Source: Blasia pusilla (Eukaryota). From it: a stretch of 64,000 nucleotides of DNA. Position numbers and translations under genes: made by a program. Below, one piece after another: positions 11,605-26,542 of this stretch. The notes under the pieces are model-generated. The model worked only from the letters and a program-made list of their open reading frames with translations, was not told the DNA's origin and did not search any database. Within the stretch, counting starts at the first letter, position 1. Every line of letters starts with the position of its first letter. The DNA lies in NCBI GenBank assembly GCA_050084515.1, contig CM114271.1, positions 38,130,001 to 38,194,000 on the forward strand, read 5' to 3'.

Positions 11605-13320
11605 ATAAGGCCGCAACTGAGTAATGACGCTTGCCCCAATGACTCATATCGTCCATCTCCCCCCACGTATCAAAGTCTCCATCTACGCGTGGTCATCAAA
11701 CCCGTTGTCTAGTGATGACGATCCAACCAAGACTGGGAGTAGGGGTGGTTCCTCACTCGAAAATCCCTCGATAGTTCACTCCACTCCATGTAAAACCACT
11801 ACCACTCCTCGAACTACCCTATTCTTCCGAATCTTGGAAGAACGCCGCGATGACAACCTTGCCTCACACGCTCAAGCACTCAGACTCACCAAGAGTCTCC
11901 CACACTCCTTACTAGCTCAATTATGCTAATGCTAATCTCGTAACAACATACCCGGCCTCACACACACTCAACACTGAGGCTTATCCTGAGCTTCCCAACC
12001 TAGCTCACCTAAGACATTCTCTTGGATCATACACGCGACCCCTACTAGGGAAACCGCCCTATATCCCCAACATACTACACATGTAAGGATTCTACACTAG
12101 TCACCATCACTACACCCATCTAGCCTAAGCTACTACCTAATACCCAACACCGGCAATGATACAAGACAAGTTCGGGAAAAGGGCCTCGAATGGGTAACTT
12201 GAACATGTGCACCATCACTCTAGTGCACGGTCAACATTGACTGCTCCATGTGGTGTGGCAACCTCAATGGCACAAAAATCTCCTCGAACAACCTCTTGAC
12301 CCTCCCATCAGCAGATGCGGACTATCCATCGGCATCAGCACATGTGTCTCCATCACTAACACTCCGTTGCAAAGCCTCAATGTGGATAACCTATCTTAAC
12401 ACCGGTTGAAGCGGTGCCAACAAACTAAACAAAAAACTCCATCCAAACTCTTAGGGGGCGGCAAAACCACCACAAATCATATTCCACTATTAAAAGCACT
12501 GAGGTCTTGTCGAGTCATCCTAAATCCGATACTCGCAAGCTACACCCCACCCACTCAATCACCCTCCAAACACGCCTACAAGTTGAACCACGTCCGACTG
12601 TCACCTAGTTAGCCGCTCAACTAATCTAGCTCCCAACCTTGTACCCAACTATTGGTCTACTTACATCCCTATGCGCAACTCCTCTCTATCACTCCATCTC
12701 CTTGCGTACATGCGCTTGACTCGCCGCCTTGATTCTCACGTCTCTACCCTTTAGTCCGGCCATTTGAGTCCGGGTTGAAGCCCCATTGTGCATTGTCTAC
12801 GTGCAGCATTGTACACATGGCACAATTTCCTATGAGCCCTTGTTGTAGGAAGCTGCAACTCCTCAGCACGTTACCCTATGAGGGTGCTTCTCGCTTAATT
12901 GCATACTTGTGGCACACTCTAACCTTCGTGTCTCCTCTCTAACCCACACCCTCTTGGCAGACCCCCTGCTTCCACCTCCTCCAAGATGTGGACACGCTGC
13001 CTTATGCAACGTCAACCTTCTTACCTTCCGCACCCTTCACTCTCGACTGTACACTTGCCACTTCCAATGTTCCTCCTCCGCCCAGCTTTGCCCAACTAGC
13101 CCTTCCCCTTGGCGGTTGTATCCTCTGTCAACCCTATAACTACTCGTCCGTGACTTAAAGGTTATACCTATGACCTAACCTAAGCGACTACACCCTAGCC
13201 TGGCTACCCTCATGATGGCTATGGTGTCTTGACCTAACATGTTTCTCACTCTTCGTGACATTTCCTACTCACCTGTCGGCGACACACTCCATTCTTCTAA
13301 CTTGTTCATGCCCATCTCTT
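11605..13320 (-). mobile_element. Decayed leader/gag N-terminal fragment related to the element at 1-3793
   Basis: 11700-11850 resembles 1135-1280 (SRRSSKIRKNRV vs SRRPFRILRGKV; shared RWTI). gaatgggtaac at ~12188 matches ~1595. Confidence 0.55.
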
Positions 13321-13846
13321 TTGCAAGGTTGCACACAAACAAGGTCCGTGTCCACAGACTTATGTTTGTCCATAGGACATATGTGTATGTGTGTGAGCTT
13401 GGGTTCCTGTGGCCTGCCCCGCCCGCAATATAGATCTCTGCTTGGCCAACCCGCAACTAGCTCAACGACCCGTCGTTAGTTATGGCTACCCGTTTTCTAG
13501 CCCGCATTGAGGCTACACTTGCCCATAGTGGCCTAGTAGGCCCTTTATGGGCTAGGGCCTATAGAGGGCGCGTACCTTACACACCCGTTTGGTCCCTATC
13601 CTCCATCCTTAATCTAATCCCATATCTATTCTTGCGGGCAACCCGGGAATAAAAAATACCCATGCGGGGAACCAATTTGGCATGTCTGTGGACATGTCCA
13701 TCCCATGGATGGACAAGCCAATTTTCACGTAATTTCCATGGATGGTCAATTTAATCTTGTGCTTATTATGGATAAAACCATAACTATTCCAATTTCTCTT
13801 CGCTAAAGAGGAAGAGACCATTTATGCTAATTAGCACAAGTGGTCA

Positions 13847-13978
13847 CAATTCACTTAGCCCCTCCAATTGATGGAGCATGCATAATCAAGTTGCTCTAAT
13901 ATTGCGGAATATAAAGAACACAATATTAGAGCAACTTGATTATGCATGCTCCAACAATTGGAGGGGCTAAGTGAATTG
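13847..13978. repeat. Near-perfect foldback, 58-bp arms, 16-nt spacer
   Basis: 13847-13904 is the reverse complement of 13921-13978 with one mismatch. Confidence 0.9.
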
Positions 13979-14082
13979 ATGATTGTCCTACCAAACTCAT
14001 CTAAAAATTGTTCTTGATGGTTGGAAATATTGTCCAATTCTCGCAAACAAGTTGTTATATAAGAATCAGCCTTAGTGATATT

Positions 14083-14519
14083 GAGGGAGAGAGAGAAGTG
14101 AGTTTGTGAGATAATACTAAAAATAAACAAGTTTATATAGGAGAGGATGGAAGGAAGGTAATTCGATCAGATGTGGGTTGGGTAGGCAGTGTAGTCATAT
14201 TCCGAGAGGCATGCAGCGCGCTCTAATTAGATGGAGAGGAAAAGTAAGGGACTCTATTATATCACAAGGTTTGTATTAGAAAATAGGTTTGTTGGAAAAG
14301 GAGGTAGGTGAAGAGGCTAGAATAGTTGAAAAGGATTGGGACTATGAGAAAAAAAAAGATTTGCTAGATAGTTATTATTGGAATTGGTTGAGGCATTAAT
14401 AGTAACTGGAGATGCATGAGAAAACAAAAAAAAGATTGAATTCCCTTCCTTCCATCCTCTCCTATCTAAAATTGTTCATTTTTAGTATTATCTCACAAAC
14501 TCATTTCTTTCTCTCCCTC
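14083..14519. mobile_element. MITE with ~85-bp terminal inverted repeats (Mutator-like architecture)
   Basis: 14083-14168 is inversely repeated at ~14434-14519; no TSD seen. Confidence 0.6.
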
Positions 14520-15329
14520 TCTTATATATTTTATCTAAGTTTATTTCCCCATAAATGGTTGAACTAGGTTTGTGATAATATATTTTCACATCAAATAGCC
14601 TTGATAATGTAAGGTATCTAAGTAATATATGTTAGCACATTGATCTTTCTTATTCATAATGAGTGTTCCAAAATTGTATTCAATGCCAATATCTCTTGTA
14701 ATTTCTATAGATTTCAGATGTCGATATATCCAATTATTGTGCCCATACAATCGTTATGAATTACCCTAATATTATTGGTTGGTATTAGTATTTGCTTGTA
14801 GTCATGACCATAGCCAAAGAATTCCAATAGTGAAGGAACATTGGTAAGAAGTACAAGTGGAAAGTGGAATATCGAGCAAATGGCAATGTAAGTATTGTTC
14901 TTATGCATTGAAAATATATCGTAGCGCACGCATGGTTGAGCATTTCACATAGGAAAGGCATAAGATAGGCATCACGATACCTATAATGTATAATTATGTG
15001 AGAAGGTCCCTCCTAATGTGCAACGAGATCTCCAAAATATGATACTTATGGGAAATGGATAGAGAATGGAAAGGAGATAATTGAGAGAAGTGAATTAGAC
15101 AATGCCATTCCATTTGAATTTGCATGAGGTGAGAATTGTTGTTTGCTTTGTATCTGATGTTGATGGGGTTGCAAACGTGACACAAAATGATGGTCACAAC
15201 GAATGCAACTGAATAGTTGGGCCAAGTCGATCGAGTAGGAGCATCTGAAGAAAGCAAGTTGATCTAAGGGATTCTTTCAACCTCTAAGGAATAGAAATTG
15301 CAAATGATATACGGGGAAAGATTTTCTAC

Positions 15330-16260
15330 AATAATGAAGGTGAAGGATTACTCAGGTTCTAGTTACAATTTGTTAAGCACGACTCTACTAGAAAAATAGA
15401 TGGGGAATGTGAAGGAAATGGTTGATGCGGAATTGGAAAAATTTCAGATGGGGACGACGATCATCATGGACGCTTGGACTGATGTGAGGAGCGAGACTTT
15501 AATGAATATCGGTCTTGTATCCACAAGGTGAGCTAATGATCGAGTTCGTAGACACAAGGGAGGATTCCAGATAGTTGAATAGTTGGCAGTTCACATACTG
15601 AAGACTATCATATGCATGGTTGGCAATTCACATAGAGAAGGCTATCATATGCATAGGTCTAAGGAATGTGTTGGAACTAGAAATGAGGAGGAATAGGGAA
15701 AACTTATTCAAGAAAAGTTTCCTCACATACATTGGGATGGATGTGTATCCATTCTCTTGATCTCTTATGCAAAGAATGGGGTAAGTGGCCTTGGATGGAC
15801 AAAAAAATTCCACAAGCTCGTGAGATGGTAGTATTTGTGAAGACAAGAACTTAGATGATGACCAAATTCATGAAAACTAACCCAATGAAGGGATGATTGT
15901 TGACTTTTAGTAATACACACTTTGCCATAAACTTTATAATATTGGGACGTATCTTAGAATTGAGAAGGTTATCCCATGCCATGATTTCCACAAATGCTTT
16001 TAGGGACTATAAAATGGGCTGGATAGTAGGAAAAGGAAGAAGGCTTGAGACTATTATGGCTCATCACAATTTTTTGATAGAAAATGAAGGATTTTGTGGT
16101 ACGGTTGTGCCAATTATTCTTTCCTTGAGAGAATATGATAATCATAAACCAATGATAGGGTTTATTTATCTTTGTGTATTTGACATAATGGAAGAGACTC
16201 ATTCTTTTCCTATAATTCCATGATATGGTGTAGGTAGAAGGTGTTGCAGTATTTTTGTGA
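15330..16260 (+). pseudogene. Decayed hAT transposase (DUF659 type)
   Basis: GTTIIMDAWTDVRSETLMNI (~15451; cf. GCTIMSDGWTD), NTHFAINFIILGRI (TRFAT-like), VPIILSLREYDNHKPMIGFIY. Confidence 0.65.
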
Positions 16261-17932
16261 TAATATCCAAAGCTATGGAAATATTTTTTATTAATTCTAT
16301 GCGTTTTCCTCTCGAGAGTCTTTCTTTAAGTAAGTAAGGAAGGATTAAAGAAAGACTCTTGAGAAGACAGACGTTTTAATTGTGGCAATATTTTATGTAA
16401 AATGAATTATCCAACAAGCCTTTTCCTACTTAGTATAGAATCATGATATACACTCTTCATTTTCTAATGATAGCCATCACAAATGGTTGTGTTGAGGCAA
16501 TCACTTTTCTATAGCACCTAACTTCAAATTCTAAGTATAAATTTTTTATAAGCCACTTTATATTTAAATACTGGAAAATTGCAAAATTGCTATTAAACTC
16601 TACTAGAGGAGGCTTGTTTACATTCATAACTTGCTAAATGAAGACATACAACGTGCAATTGCAAATTTTTTTGTACGTAACAATTGAAGTATCACCAAAG
16701 TTGATGATTCCATCATATAGTTCATGAATGTCTCTCCAAAGGATTGGACTACATAGCAAACAAACCAATGCTTATCTACGAAGAGGATCTTTATGTGGTA
16801 CGGATTATGGAAAGGGAAATTAGATACCACTTGCACTCCATTTTTATCCATATTTGACAAAGATCCTCGAAAGATCCCTACTCTTTATATACTCATAAGG
16901 GATTTACAAGAATACAAAGGAAGATCAATTTTATCTTATGCTATATGGCTTTCTCTCAAGGCTTAGCCAATTCTCTTAAGATATAAATAGTTTGTCTTTT
17001 ATTTCTTCTTAAATATCATCATAAAACCATTCCATAATCTCTCGACTATCCCAACTATAATAACCTTGACTTCTTCATCAATCATGACTAATTTAGTTTA
17101 ATTAACACACCAACACACTATTTTACTTTTACATTTCCTATGCCTCATTTATGACATTTTTTTAATGAACTATTCTTAAGACATTTAAACAATAAATATT
17201 ATTTTCTTAAAATGATTACTAAACACCTAGATAAACTCTCTCAAACACTCCAATTAGTATTTGACAATGTATATAAGTGTTGAGTGATCCACAAGAAGTG
17301 TACTTCCATCTCCTCCTTACGTCAAGCCACACTTCCTACCTATTTAGGTTACATGTTATGTAAAGTACAATACCCAATAAAATGAAAAAATCTATGATCC
17401 AAAGCTAGGTTGTCTTTATTTCACAATCAAAACCCCAAAGTTGTCGTAAGATTTACGTCCCGCTTTATGAGACGTCCTCCTTTACCACGAGCCTATGAAT
17501 AAAAGTGCCTCAAGCACGGGCCAATCCAAACTTGATTGTCCTTTCCTTGCCGGCGGGGAACAGTCGCATCCTCACATGTGACTCTTCCCTAAAAACCCAT
17601 AACCCGCACGACTTGAGTAATATATGAAGGTCATAAGAATCACCTTGCAAGCATTGTAAGATGGGGCAGCTTGCACGCGGGCATGCAAGAAAGAGATTAC
17701 TATGAAAAAAGGGAGACTTGGGTGGAGTCGATCTCAACGCAATGTATTCGCATGCAAGACAATCTCCAACAAAATTTGATATCATAAGGGGGTTTTTGTA
17801 TGTCAATATTTATGCTCCTTACACGTATTCCTAGTTTTTTTCCTCATCATCTAGACTATCCATGAGTCATATGCATGTATATTAATTATTTTCTCTCCCC
17901 ACCACTCTCAAAGGGCGTCACAATGGTTTCTA

Positions 17933-20900
17933 CTAGTAAGGTGCCCGTGCGATGCACTGATGTAAGAGGGTTGCTACATAAAGATGCACACGTGCAAAAG
18001 GGAATCATATATACACATTTAGGTGAGAAAAATAAATAAATTTATTAAAATATTTCTTTATATACTACATTTCGTGTGTAGTGACCTTCCTCCTTTGAAT
18101 TTTCATCATTACCAATCGTAATGCGGATAGAACTCTTCTTTCCTACCCTAGATAATACCAAATATAATTGACCATGAGAAAAAACATGATTCGGAAAATA
18201 AATTCCTACCTTTTCTAGAGTTTGACCTTAAGATTTATTAATAGTCATTGCAAAAGCTCGACGAAGAGGGAATTGAGACCTACGTAGATCTAATGGCAAA
18301 CCGGAATTAGATGCAATCAATGGGATACGTGGAATAAAAACTCGATCTCCAATATTCTTTCTGGTAATGATTTCAGCATCTATACAATGTTGCATAAATC
18401 CATGAATTACCAATCTTTTCCCATTGCTTATCCCTCTGATCCATTCATGTTTCGTAACAACATGATAGGTGCACCAATCTTCAAACATAAACGATGTGGC
18501 GGTAGTCCAGAAGGCAAGCATGAGTTCAAAAATTCAGTGGGATATATATGGCTTCTCTCCTCATTTGGAATAGAATCCACACTCAGATATATATGTTCAT
18601 GTACCAATAAATAACAATTTAATTAGACCAAAGTAAAGTTAAATTTATATTCAAAAGTACATAATCAAAGTTCATTCTTAAAGAATCGATGGAAAATTAG
18701 TATTACCTCTCTAGGAAATTGTGACATGACATTTGCATTTATCTCATCAACATCTCTGTTCCTTGGTGTCAAAATAGTTGTATCTCTCAAGAAGTCAATA
18801 TCTTGGAATCGGTTCTGAGATATTCCATAGATAATATGGATAAGATCGCATATTTTATCACTCTTAGTAACCATTCCGGGCGGTAATCTTATATATAGTC
18901 TTCTCCCATATGAGTTTGCAAAGGTACACGACCCTCTCCCACCTCTAATAACCAATCAGCAAAAGCTTGTTGTTCAACACGTAAATGACCTTCCAACTTT
19001 TGAAGTCGCATGTTTGTCGTCAATTTCATCACCTTTACATAAGACCATAGAGATGATCGCTTTATAGTGGCTTGAATTATTTTTGGACGATCTCCATGAC
19101 GAACCACAGGAAAAACTTCACCACCACATATTATGAGTTTGCCGCCGAATGGTATTTGTCGTAGATCATTGGAGACCACTCCCATGATATCTTGTGAAGT
19201 GGGGTTCATTGCCTCAAATGCATCACGATGAGCCATAGGTGCTTTGTCCCATATAATGAGCATCGCATAACGTATAAGGCGTGCTCCATCATTATTGACC
19301 GATAAACTACAAATGACACATGAAAGTATATAAGAAAGCGTAATACTTGGCGATCTCAACTATGTGTATAGTAAATACTAACTGAATTCTAATTAAACAT
19401 TAAATGTATAAGGCATTTACTTGCAAGTAGAGCTCTCATGAAGATTGATGGGGATCTTGAAGCGTGAATGTGCAGTACGTCCTCCGTCTAACAATAGAGT
19501 GGCTATTTCGGAAGATGCTAATGCCAAAGCTATACCGGGTGCACTCCTTACACTAGCAAGGAGAAGATTGTATAGAAATGTCTATCATGTTCTACCAGGC
19601 CCATCAATGAAAAATATTCTTGGAGATGGTGGAGCATTCGGACATATTTTCTCAAGTTCATCGTGAATAGCATCCCAAATAATACGTTGTCCTTCATTCA
19701 AAGATGCTTCTCCCAACTGTACTTGTTCATACAAATCCTCGATATCATACCCTAGCTCTTGTTCCTCTAAGTATGAACGTGAGTGAATGCTGTTGAAATT
19801 GGCTTGAGGCATGTATGGAAAATCAGACAATCTTTTTCCTTGATCTTGCAAATAATAGTGCACTTCCAACAATGGATTACTAATGATAGCATCATCAAGA
19901 GGAAGATTAGGAATTCCTGTTTTCTACAATGGAAAATTCCAAATATGTGTAAAAATCATGCTTAGTTTGCTTAACGCTCAATAGAAGGCAATATAAAGAA
20001 GGAAGGAATGATGTAAGGAGTGGTGGAAATTAGGGCTTACTTGATGTTGTTCATATAAGAAATCTTCTATTAGAGGAATCAAGAATTGAATCCATAGTGC
20101 AGCAGGTTGAACATGTAAGCTAAAATGATTGCAAATATATGGCGTAGTGAAGAACCCATACGGATCGTAGAAGCTTCTTCAAAGCAACAAAACACTTCCC
20201 TATCATCCTCAAGAAGTCCCAATTGGATAGCAGCCTTCTTAAATGTAGGACACAATATTCCATTAATAGTTCTCAAAGATACGTAAGTAGTTGCTCCTCG
20301 AACAAGATGGAGGAGTAATCTCAACCAATGACGTTCTCCTTCATCTATAAAGAAGTCAAATAAATTAGCATTCTGTGGTCCCAAGTATTGTGTGATTAGC
20401 AATCCATCTTCCTGAGCAACAAATAGTATCCATCATATGTAAGTGTAATCCTATAGTAAGTAGAAAAAAAGAAGATATATGAGAGAAGAGTATATACGTG
20501 GATGAATAAGGTATAAGTGACTAATAGGATGACCAAATTTTATTTTTTTTATATCCTACGAATCCATTTTTTATTACTCCATCGATAATATAGATATTGT
20601 CGCACGGTAGAGTCAGATGAAAATCGATATATAGATATTGTCGCGCAGTAGAGTCAGATGAATTCGTTGCAAACCATAGAGTTAGAGTTGTCTCTCTATT
20701 TGTTTGCAAAATGTCTTGAGGAGCATCAATATCATTGAAGTAAACTATTTGTTGCTCATGAAGATGAACTGCTAATCGCACAATACTTGGATGTTCTGCA
20801 TGTAGACTAAATTTGAAGAGTCTCCAACATGCCTCAGAAGAAGATATATATATGGAGAAAAAAATCCAAATATTGAAGTAAGATGTGTGAACGCTAAAAA

Positions 20901-23900
20901 TAAAACATAAGGAAAGAGAGAACCCAAGTAGAAGGAGTATACCTTGCATCGAGATATAATGTTGTCTCATCAACAACATGAATTGCAATTGATGTATCCG
21001 TATCCTTCCCCAACTTATATGAAAGTGTATGAGATCCCTTATGTACATACTTATATAAGTAATTGACTGCAAAAACACTACTTGTGATCTCCAAATTAAT
21101 ATGAAAATCAAAGAGGATGCACAACATAGGATTGTAGGGCATCACCCAATGATTATCCAATAAATGCTCGTGCTTAATTATTGCTCTTCCATTCTCCAAT
21201 CTAAAAAAAATTAGATAAGAGTTAATGAAGATGTCAAATTATATGGTCAAGAATAAATGAAGTTTCACCAAGATCGACATATCCTTACCTTCAATACATT
21301 GGGTAACCATCTTCTGTCTCTGTAATGTTGGCAACAAAAGCTTTAGGGTAGCCTTTTGTACACTTTTTAGTCGCCTTGTCCATGCATGGAGCATTTGGAT
21401 TTAATGCTCCACATGGCCCATGAATCGTAAAATTAGCCACAATAGAGTAAAGTCTGGGATGGGTAGACTGATTAGGGACTTCCGCGGAAATGATAGGGTC
21501 ATAATCAGAAGATGTACGTGGTTTATCCTTTTGACCTAATATAATAAGTACATGCACATGCGGAAGATCCCTCTTTCGAAATTCAACCACAAAAATGCAT
21601 CCTACGACTCCAACCAATATTTACTTGTTGATAAGAAGTCGTAACAACTCCTTATTTTTCTTCTCAAAAACCCGCGCCACCAAAGCTGGTCGATATGCTG
21701 CTTTTTGACCAGGTAATAAGGTAGAGGTAATCTCTTCCCACTTAGGATTGCATGTCATGGTAAAAAAGTAATCAGGTTTCCCCAAATGTCTGACAATTGC
21801 CATAGCATCCTGATACAGTTGATGCATATGGCGTGAACCCCCAGTAAAAGAAGATGGCAATACAATGTGTTTCCAAACCTTCAACAATCACCATCATGTC
21901 GATGCATGGCATCCTTTATACCTTGATATAATTCAGCCCTCAACTCCTTCTGATTTAAGCGCACCCATGATAGTCGTTTCATCTCTATAGTAGCATAAAG
22001 GTCAACAATGTATTATTGGGTAAGTTGATTATTGAAGTTGAATCTGATTCGCGTTTGAAGTCGAAAACATGCAAATTGCAAGGCCGTAGCATTTTTCGTC
22101 CTTCTCTCCTCAAATATATTACCATGACGTCTATCCACATCGCTATAGTCATCAAAAGGTTTGGAATCTTCCTCCTCGTCATGATTTAATCTTGTGGGAT
22201 GTTCTGATCTTGCTTGGCCTTGGAATATTCTGAAGGATATTCCAAGATTCTATCCTGCTTCACTATAGACAAATAACAAAATAAAGTGCAATGTAATGTA
22301 TGCTTCATTCAGGTCGGATACACGCCTCACTCCTCCTCCATGTAGTCGTATAACTATATCATGATGTTCAACGTGCTCACTTCAATCCCTTAGTAAAATA
22401 GCAGCAACCTCAGAAGCAGATGGTAAATTATAACGCTTGGCATCAAGACCTCTCTTACTTGCCTTTAGGATGATTCACCTATTAATGTCGCTTGCTTCAT
22501 ATACTATATGCCGAAAGATCTTGACATATGGATTGCATTCGTGTAGCATCTTTTGTAGGCCTTTCAATATGTCAAGATTAAGATCAGAAGATGTAGACAT
22601 TACCCTTCCACGATTCTCCAATTCATTTGCAGTATCATGAATGTAGAGTTGCGCAAATTGGGGATGACCACCGATATCAAGATATAAGGGTCCAATAGAA
22701 TGATAGATCCCACCTTTGACCCTAAAGTGTCCAACGCCACCAAATTGCTGCTTTATATGCACTCCAGTAGAGGCTAGTTGAAGTGCAGAGTTGTAAGCTC
22801 AAGCATGAGTAAGAAAATGAAGACTTCTAGGACCCACACCCGAAATCAACTATTTCAAGAATGGAGGAGAAGTTTTCAGGAGGGGAAAATTTATTCTCCC
22901 ATGATCACAACACATACCAAATGGTGAGTTACGAAACTTCGTTCCTCTCACCATTTCACATTTCCAATGCAGAGCACGAGATGAGGGGCATGTTTCCATC
23001 ATAGAACCTAATGTATGACGACCAATGGTACGATTCAAACTCCTTTGAAGTCACAACTTCCTAATATCACTTTCTTGGAAGTTTGGCTTTCTTGCAACAT
23101 TTAGCAATGTATTTACTCTAACAACCCTATTAACGCCAGAAGAAGCGCAAATTGTAGAAGCATATGGTACAATGGCCATTTTTGCTCGGAAGACATCTTC
23201 TGTAACATTCTCTTCAACTTTGCGATGTACCGAAGCATTTTCGATAACTTGAAGTAAAGATGGGAGTACCTCAACTCTTGGTATCATGGCTCAGTTGTAT
23301 ATGCATTCTCGATAACTTCATGGTCTCCATTGTTGGCTAAGTCAAATTTTGGCTCGATATAAGTGGCAACTTCAACCCCTTCAATGGTATCAGCATTCTG
23401 AATTATTTCATTCTCTCTGTCTTCATGAGGAACAATGTCATTTGCTTCTGCCATAACTCCATCCTCACTCGAAGGTGTGGGAAACAAAGGAACTCGAAGA
23501 TCACATAAAGAATAGAGCAAAAAATAAACAAAATACAAACACAAACTCTTCAATAATAGAGAAATGATAAAGAAAAAGAAAGCATGAACGAGGCATCATG
23601 ATTATGACCTTATCAATGGACTTCCAATAGTCTCCATATTTGGAATGTTTTGAATAGCCTCAAGTACTAAAGTTGACTCAGGTTGAAGTTCAAGCCCATT
23701 CTTTCTCTTGAAGTACTCACGACGGTAGAGTCTTTCTTTTTTCTCTGAGAGCTTCCATCTTATCAACGCGGTCGGCTCTTTTTCATTTTTGGGCTTCACA
23801 ACGTAGAACCTTCCGAATATCACGTATATCTATAGGATTCGATTGAATGAAAAGTCTGGAAGAACAAATATTTGGAAACAGAGAAAATGAAATAAGTGAA

Positions 23901-24876
23901 AAGTAGTATGAATTGTGGAATATTGTACATGTTCAATGTGCACCTTATGAAAGTAGTGGACTTACGTTGGAGATGTTTCAGCGATGACTCCATGTTCTTT
24001 GATGGGCACGCCTTCTTTGATGACTCCATGTCCTTACGATGGGCACGCCTTCTTTGTTGAGCCTTTGCGCGTATCAATTTTTGAAAGTCACACAAATCCG
24101 TAGGGTTCGATGGAAAAGGAAGTGTGCGAATGACATGTGCAAGTATTAAAACATGAGAAGAAATTGCTGACATGTAAAGAAATTCAAGAGTCAAAGATAT
24201 GGAAGAAATACATTGGTCTTACATCGGAGAAGTCTTTAATGCACAAACTTGTCTTGTAGAATTTAGTGCTGGAGCTATTGTATTTGTGATAATAGCGAGC
24301 GGTTGTCTCTCCAATTCCACAAATTTACGACTCGACAAAGCCACCTACATAATATGAATGGTGAGTGTCAAAAAAATTAGTAGAAAAGCTTAACAAACGA
24401 AAAACATAAAGAGTGAAATGATAGTGGAATACATCAAATTTTCCCATTAGTGTATAATATTTTTCAATAAAAAAAAATTGTGAGGAGAGTTGAAAAAATT
24501 GAATCATTTTTTTGAATTGAAAATTCTACAAAAGGAATGAAATAAATTCAAAAAGGAAAAAATAGACATTTTTTAAAAAGGAGAAAAAATTTTAAATGAT
24601 CACTTTTAAATTGATTAATTAAATAAATTAATTTATAAGAACTGAAAAAGATTTAAAATTTTCAATGAAAGGAGTGTAGAATTTAAAATTTTAACTTTTA
24701 AAATTATATTTAAAGTTAAAATTTAAAATTTAATGGATTAGGTTAGGGTTATCCGACCCTAACCCGATCGCCGCAAATGTCCAACCGCCTTTTGGCGGAT
24801 GTAGACGCCAATAAGAGCCTCGTCGTTGGATTTGGAAGATTCAACGGCGGTGAAATAATTTTGTTAGTATAGGAGA
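17933..24876 (-). mobile_element. Autonomous-type Helitron, now defective
   Basis: Minus-strand 3' end cagtgcatcgcacggg-cacctta-CTAG|T (CTAG 17933-17936); candidate 5' end A|TCTCCTATACTAAC at 24876; encloses the RepHel gene. Alternative 5' end at 32775. Confidence 0.85.
18050..23450 (-). pseudogene. Helitron Rep (HUH/Y2)-Pif1 helicase gene, intron-containing, with stops and frameshifts
   Basis: Cys motif (CPSSRALHWKCE..MCCDHG); Rep motifs FTMTCNPKW, VEFRKRDLPHVHVLI, YLYKYVHKG; helicase FIDGPGRT, IIWDKAPM, PFGGK, FAMTINKS*GQ, FSHGQLY; GT-AG intron at 21288-21201. Confidence 0.92.
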
Positions 24877-26542
24877 TCCGTTGGATCTGCTTGTACTAAC
24901 ATCCATTGCAGACGTCAGATTTGCAGTGAGAGGCAGATGATATGCCTGATCCAACGACAAGAATCTCCTTGCCATTGGATCTCGAGGCCCCCGCCCACGC
25001 GTTCGCGACCCTCCTCTTGCTTACCCCCTCTCTCCCGCCAATTCTCTCCCCACTCACTCACAATCGCTGAAGTTGCTCCGCTTCGTCTCCTCTTGTGTTT
25101 GATACCGCCCGCTCAAGTGGAATCTCCCTTGCTCATTGGAGCTCGACCTTTTCTTCTTTCGGCGCCCGTGGAAGGCGGTCCCTTGCACGCGTTGCATGGT
25201 TGTCGACCCTCCTCTTGTTTCCTCGCGGGATCTTCTTTCTACCTCTCTTCCCTGACCATCTTTCCCATTACCCCTCACTATGTGTCCAAATTTTGACGAA
25301 GTTGCTCCTCTCTCTCCTCTTGTGTTTGTTCTCTCTCTCTCTCTCTCTCTCTCTCTTGAGTGGAGCTTTGTTGTTCCTCCTCTCTCGTAAGTGGAGCTGA
25401 CCTAGGCAAGGGTCCCGTTTCAGATTGCTAAATTCTTGCATAGTTGTGTGAAGACTTGGGTCAAAGGACCCCTTAGGCCCTCTAGGTGCTTGGTACTCAA
25501 TCTAAGTCCCATGGTGTGAGGAGGGGAAATCATAACTCTTCTCTCTCTCTCTTGTTAAGTCTCAATCTAAGTCCCATGGCCCCCTCTCGCGTGGACAATA
25601 AATCTATTCATTCATTCATTCTCTCTCTCTCTCTCTCCTCTCTCTCTCCTCTCTATTCTCTCTCCCACCTACTACTTTTTTGGTGTCGCTGCACTCCACT
25701 ATCTTCATGGTGCATCTTGTGCTTCTTGCAAACATCCACGGCTCTCTCTTGTAGGTGGGAAGGATTGAAAGGGCTTCAAGGCGTTGAAGGATGGGTGGGC
25801 GCCTCTTCCGGGGAGCGTCTAGGATTGGTACTAATGCAGAGGAGGGGAGGTTGATCATAACTCTTCGCTTCGCCGGCCCCTCCTCTCTCTTACCCCCTCT
25901 CTCCCACCTATTCTCTCCCCACCTATTTTTTTCGTTCACTCCCCATGGTGCCGCTAAAACATCCACGGCCTCACTCAGTAGGAATCCGCACTCACTGCCT
26001 CCCATTGCTTCCCACCAGTTTGAGTGGCACTGCTCTTGAGTCCGCCCTCTTTGTTCAGTCGTTCAGTTTTTGTCAAGATCAGCACTTAGCTCGTTGCTTA
26101 GCTTTCTTCACAACAACTACATAGGGTTGTCTTTACTGCTTTGCAATTGGTGGCAGATGGGCTTTGAGTAGGAACATGGTAGATGGCACTCATGAGTTCG
26201 CCCTCTCCTTCCCTCGGTTATGTATATACTGGAGTTGAGAGAGCTCAAAGCTTAAATGCTTCTTGCCGCGGAAGGATCAGAGGTTGTTACCCGGGAGGAG
26301 ATTCAACTCCTCTTCTCTCCTTCCCAACTTTGCTCGCCTTAGCGGAAAGTTTGCGGGAATTTTTTGTGTAGTTTATTTGCACTTCCATTCAGGACACACT
26401 CAGAGATTGAAGTACTCGAGCTGAGTACTTCACCATAAGAGAAGTTATGAATTTAAAAACAACACCATAGTCCACGACAATATTTTTCAATAACATTTCC
26501 TTATGGTGTGCAGCGTTACACCGTATAGACTAGAGTCGGAGG

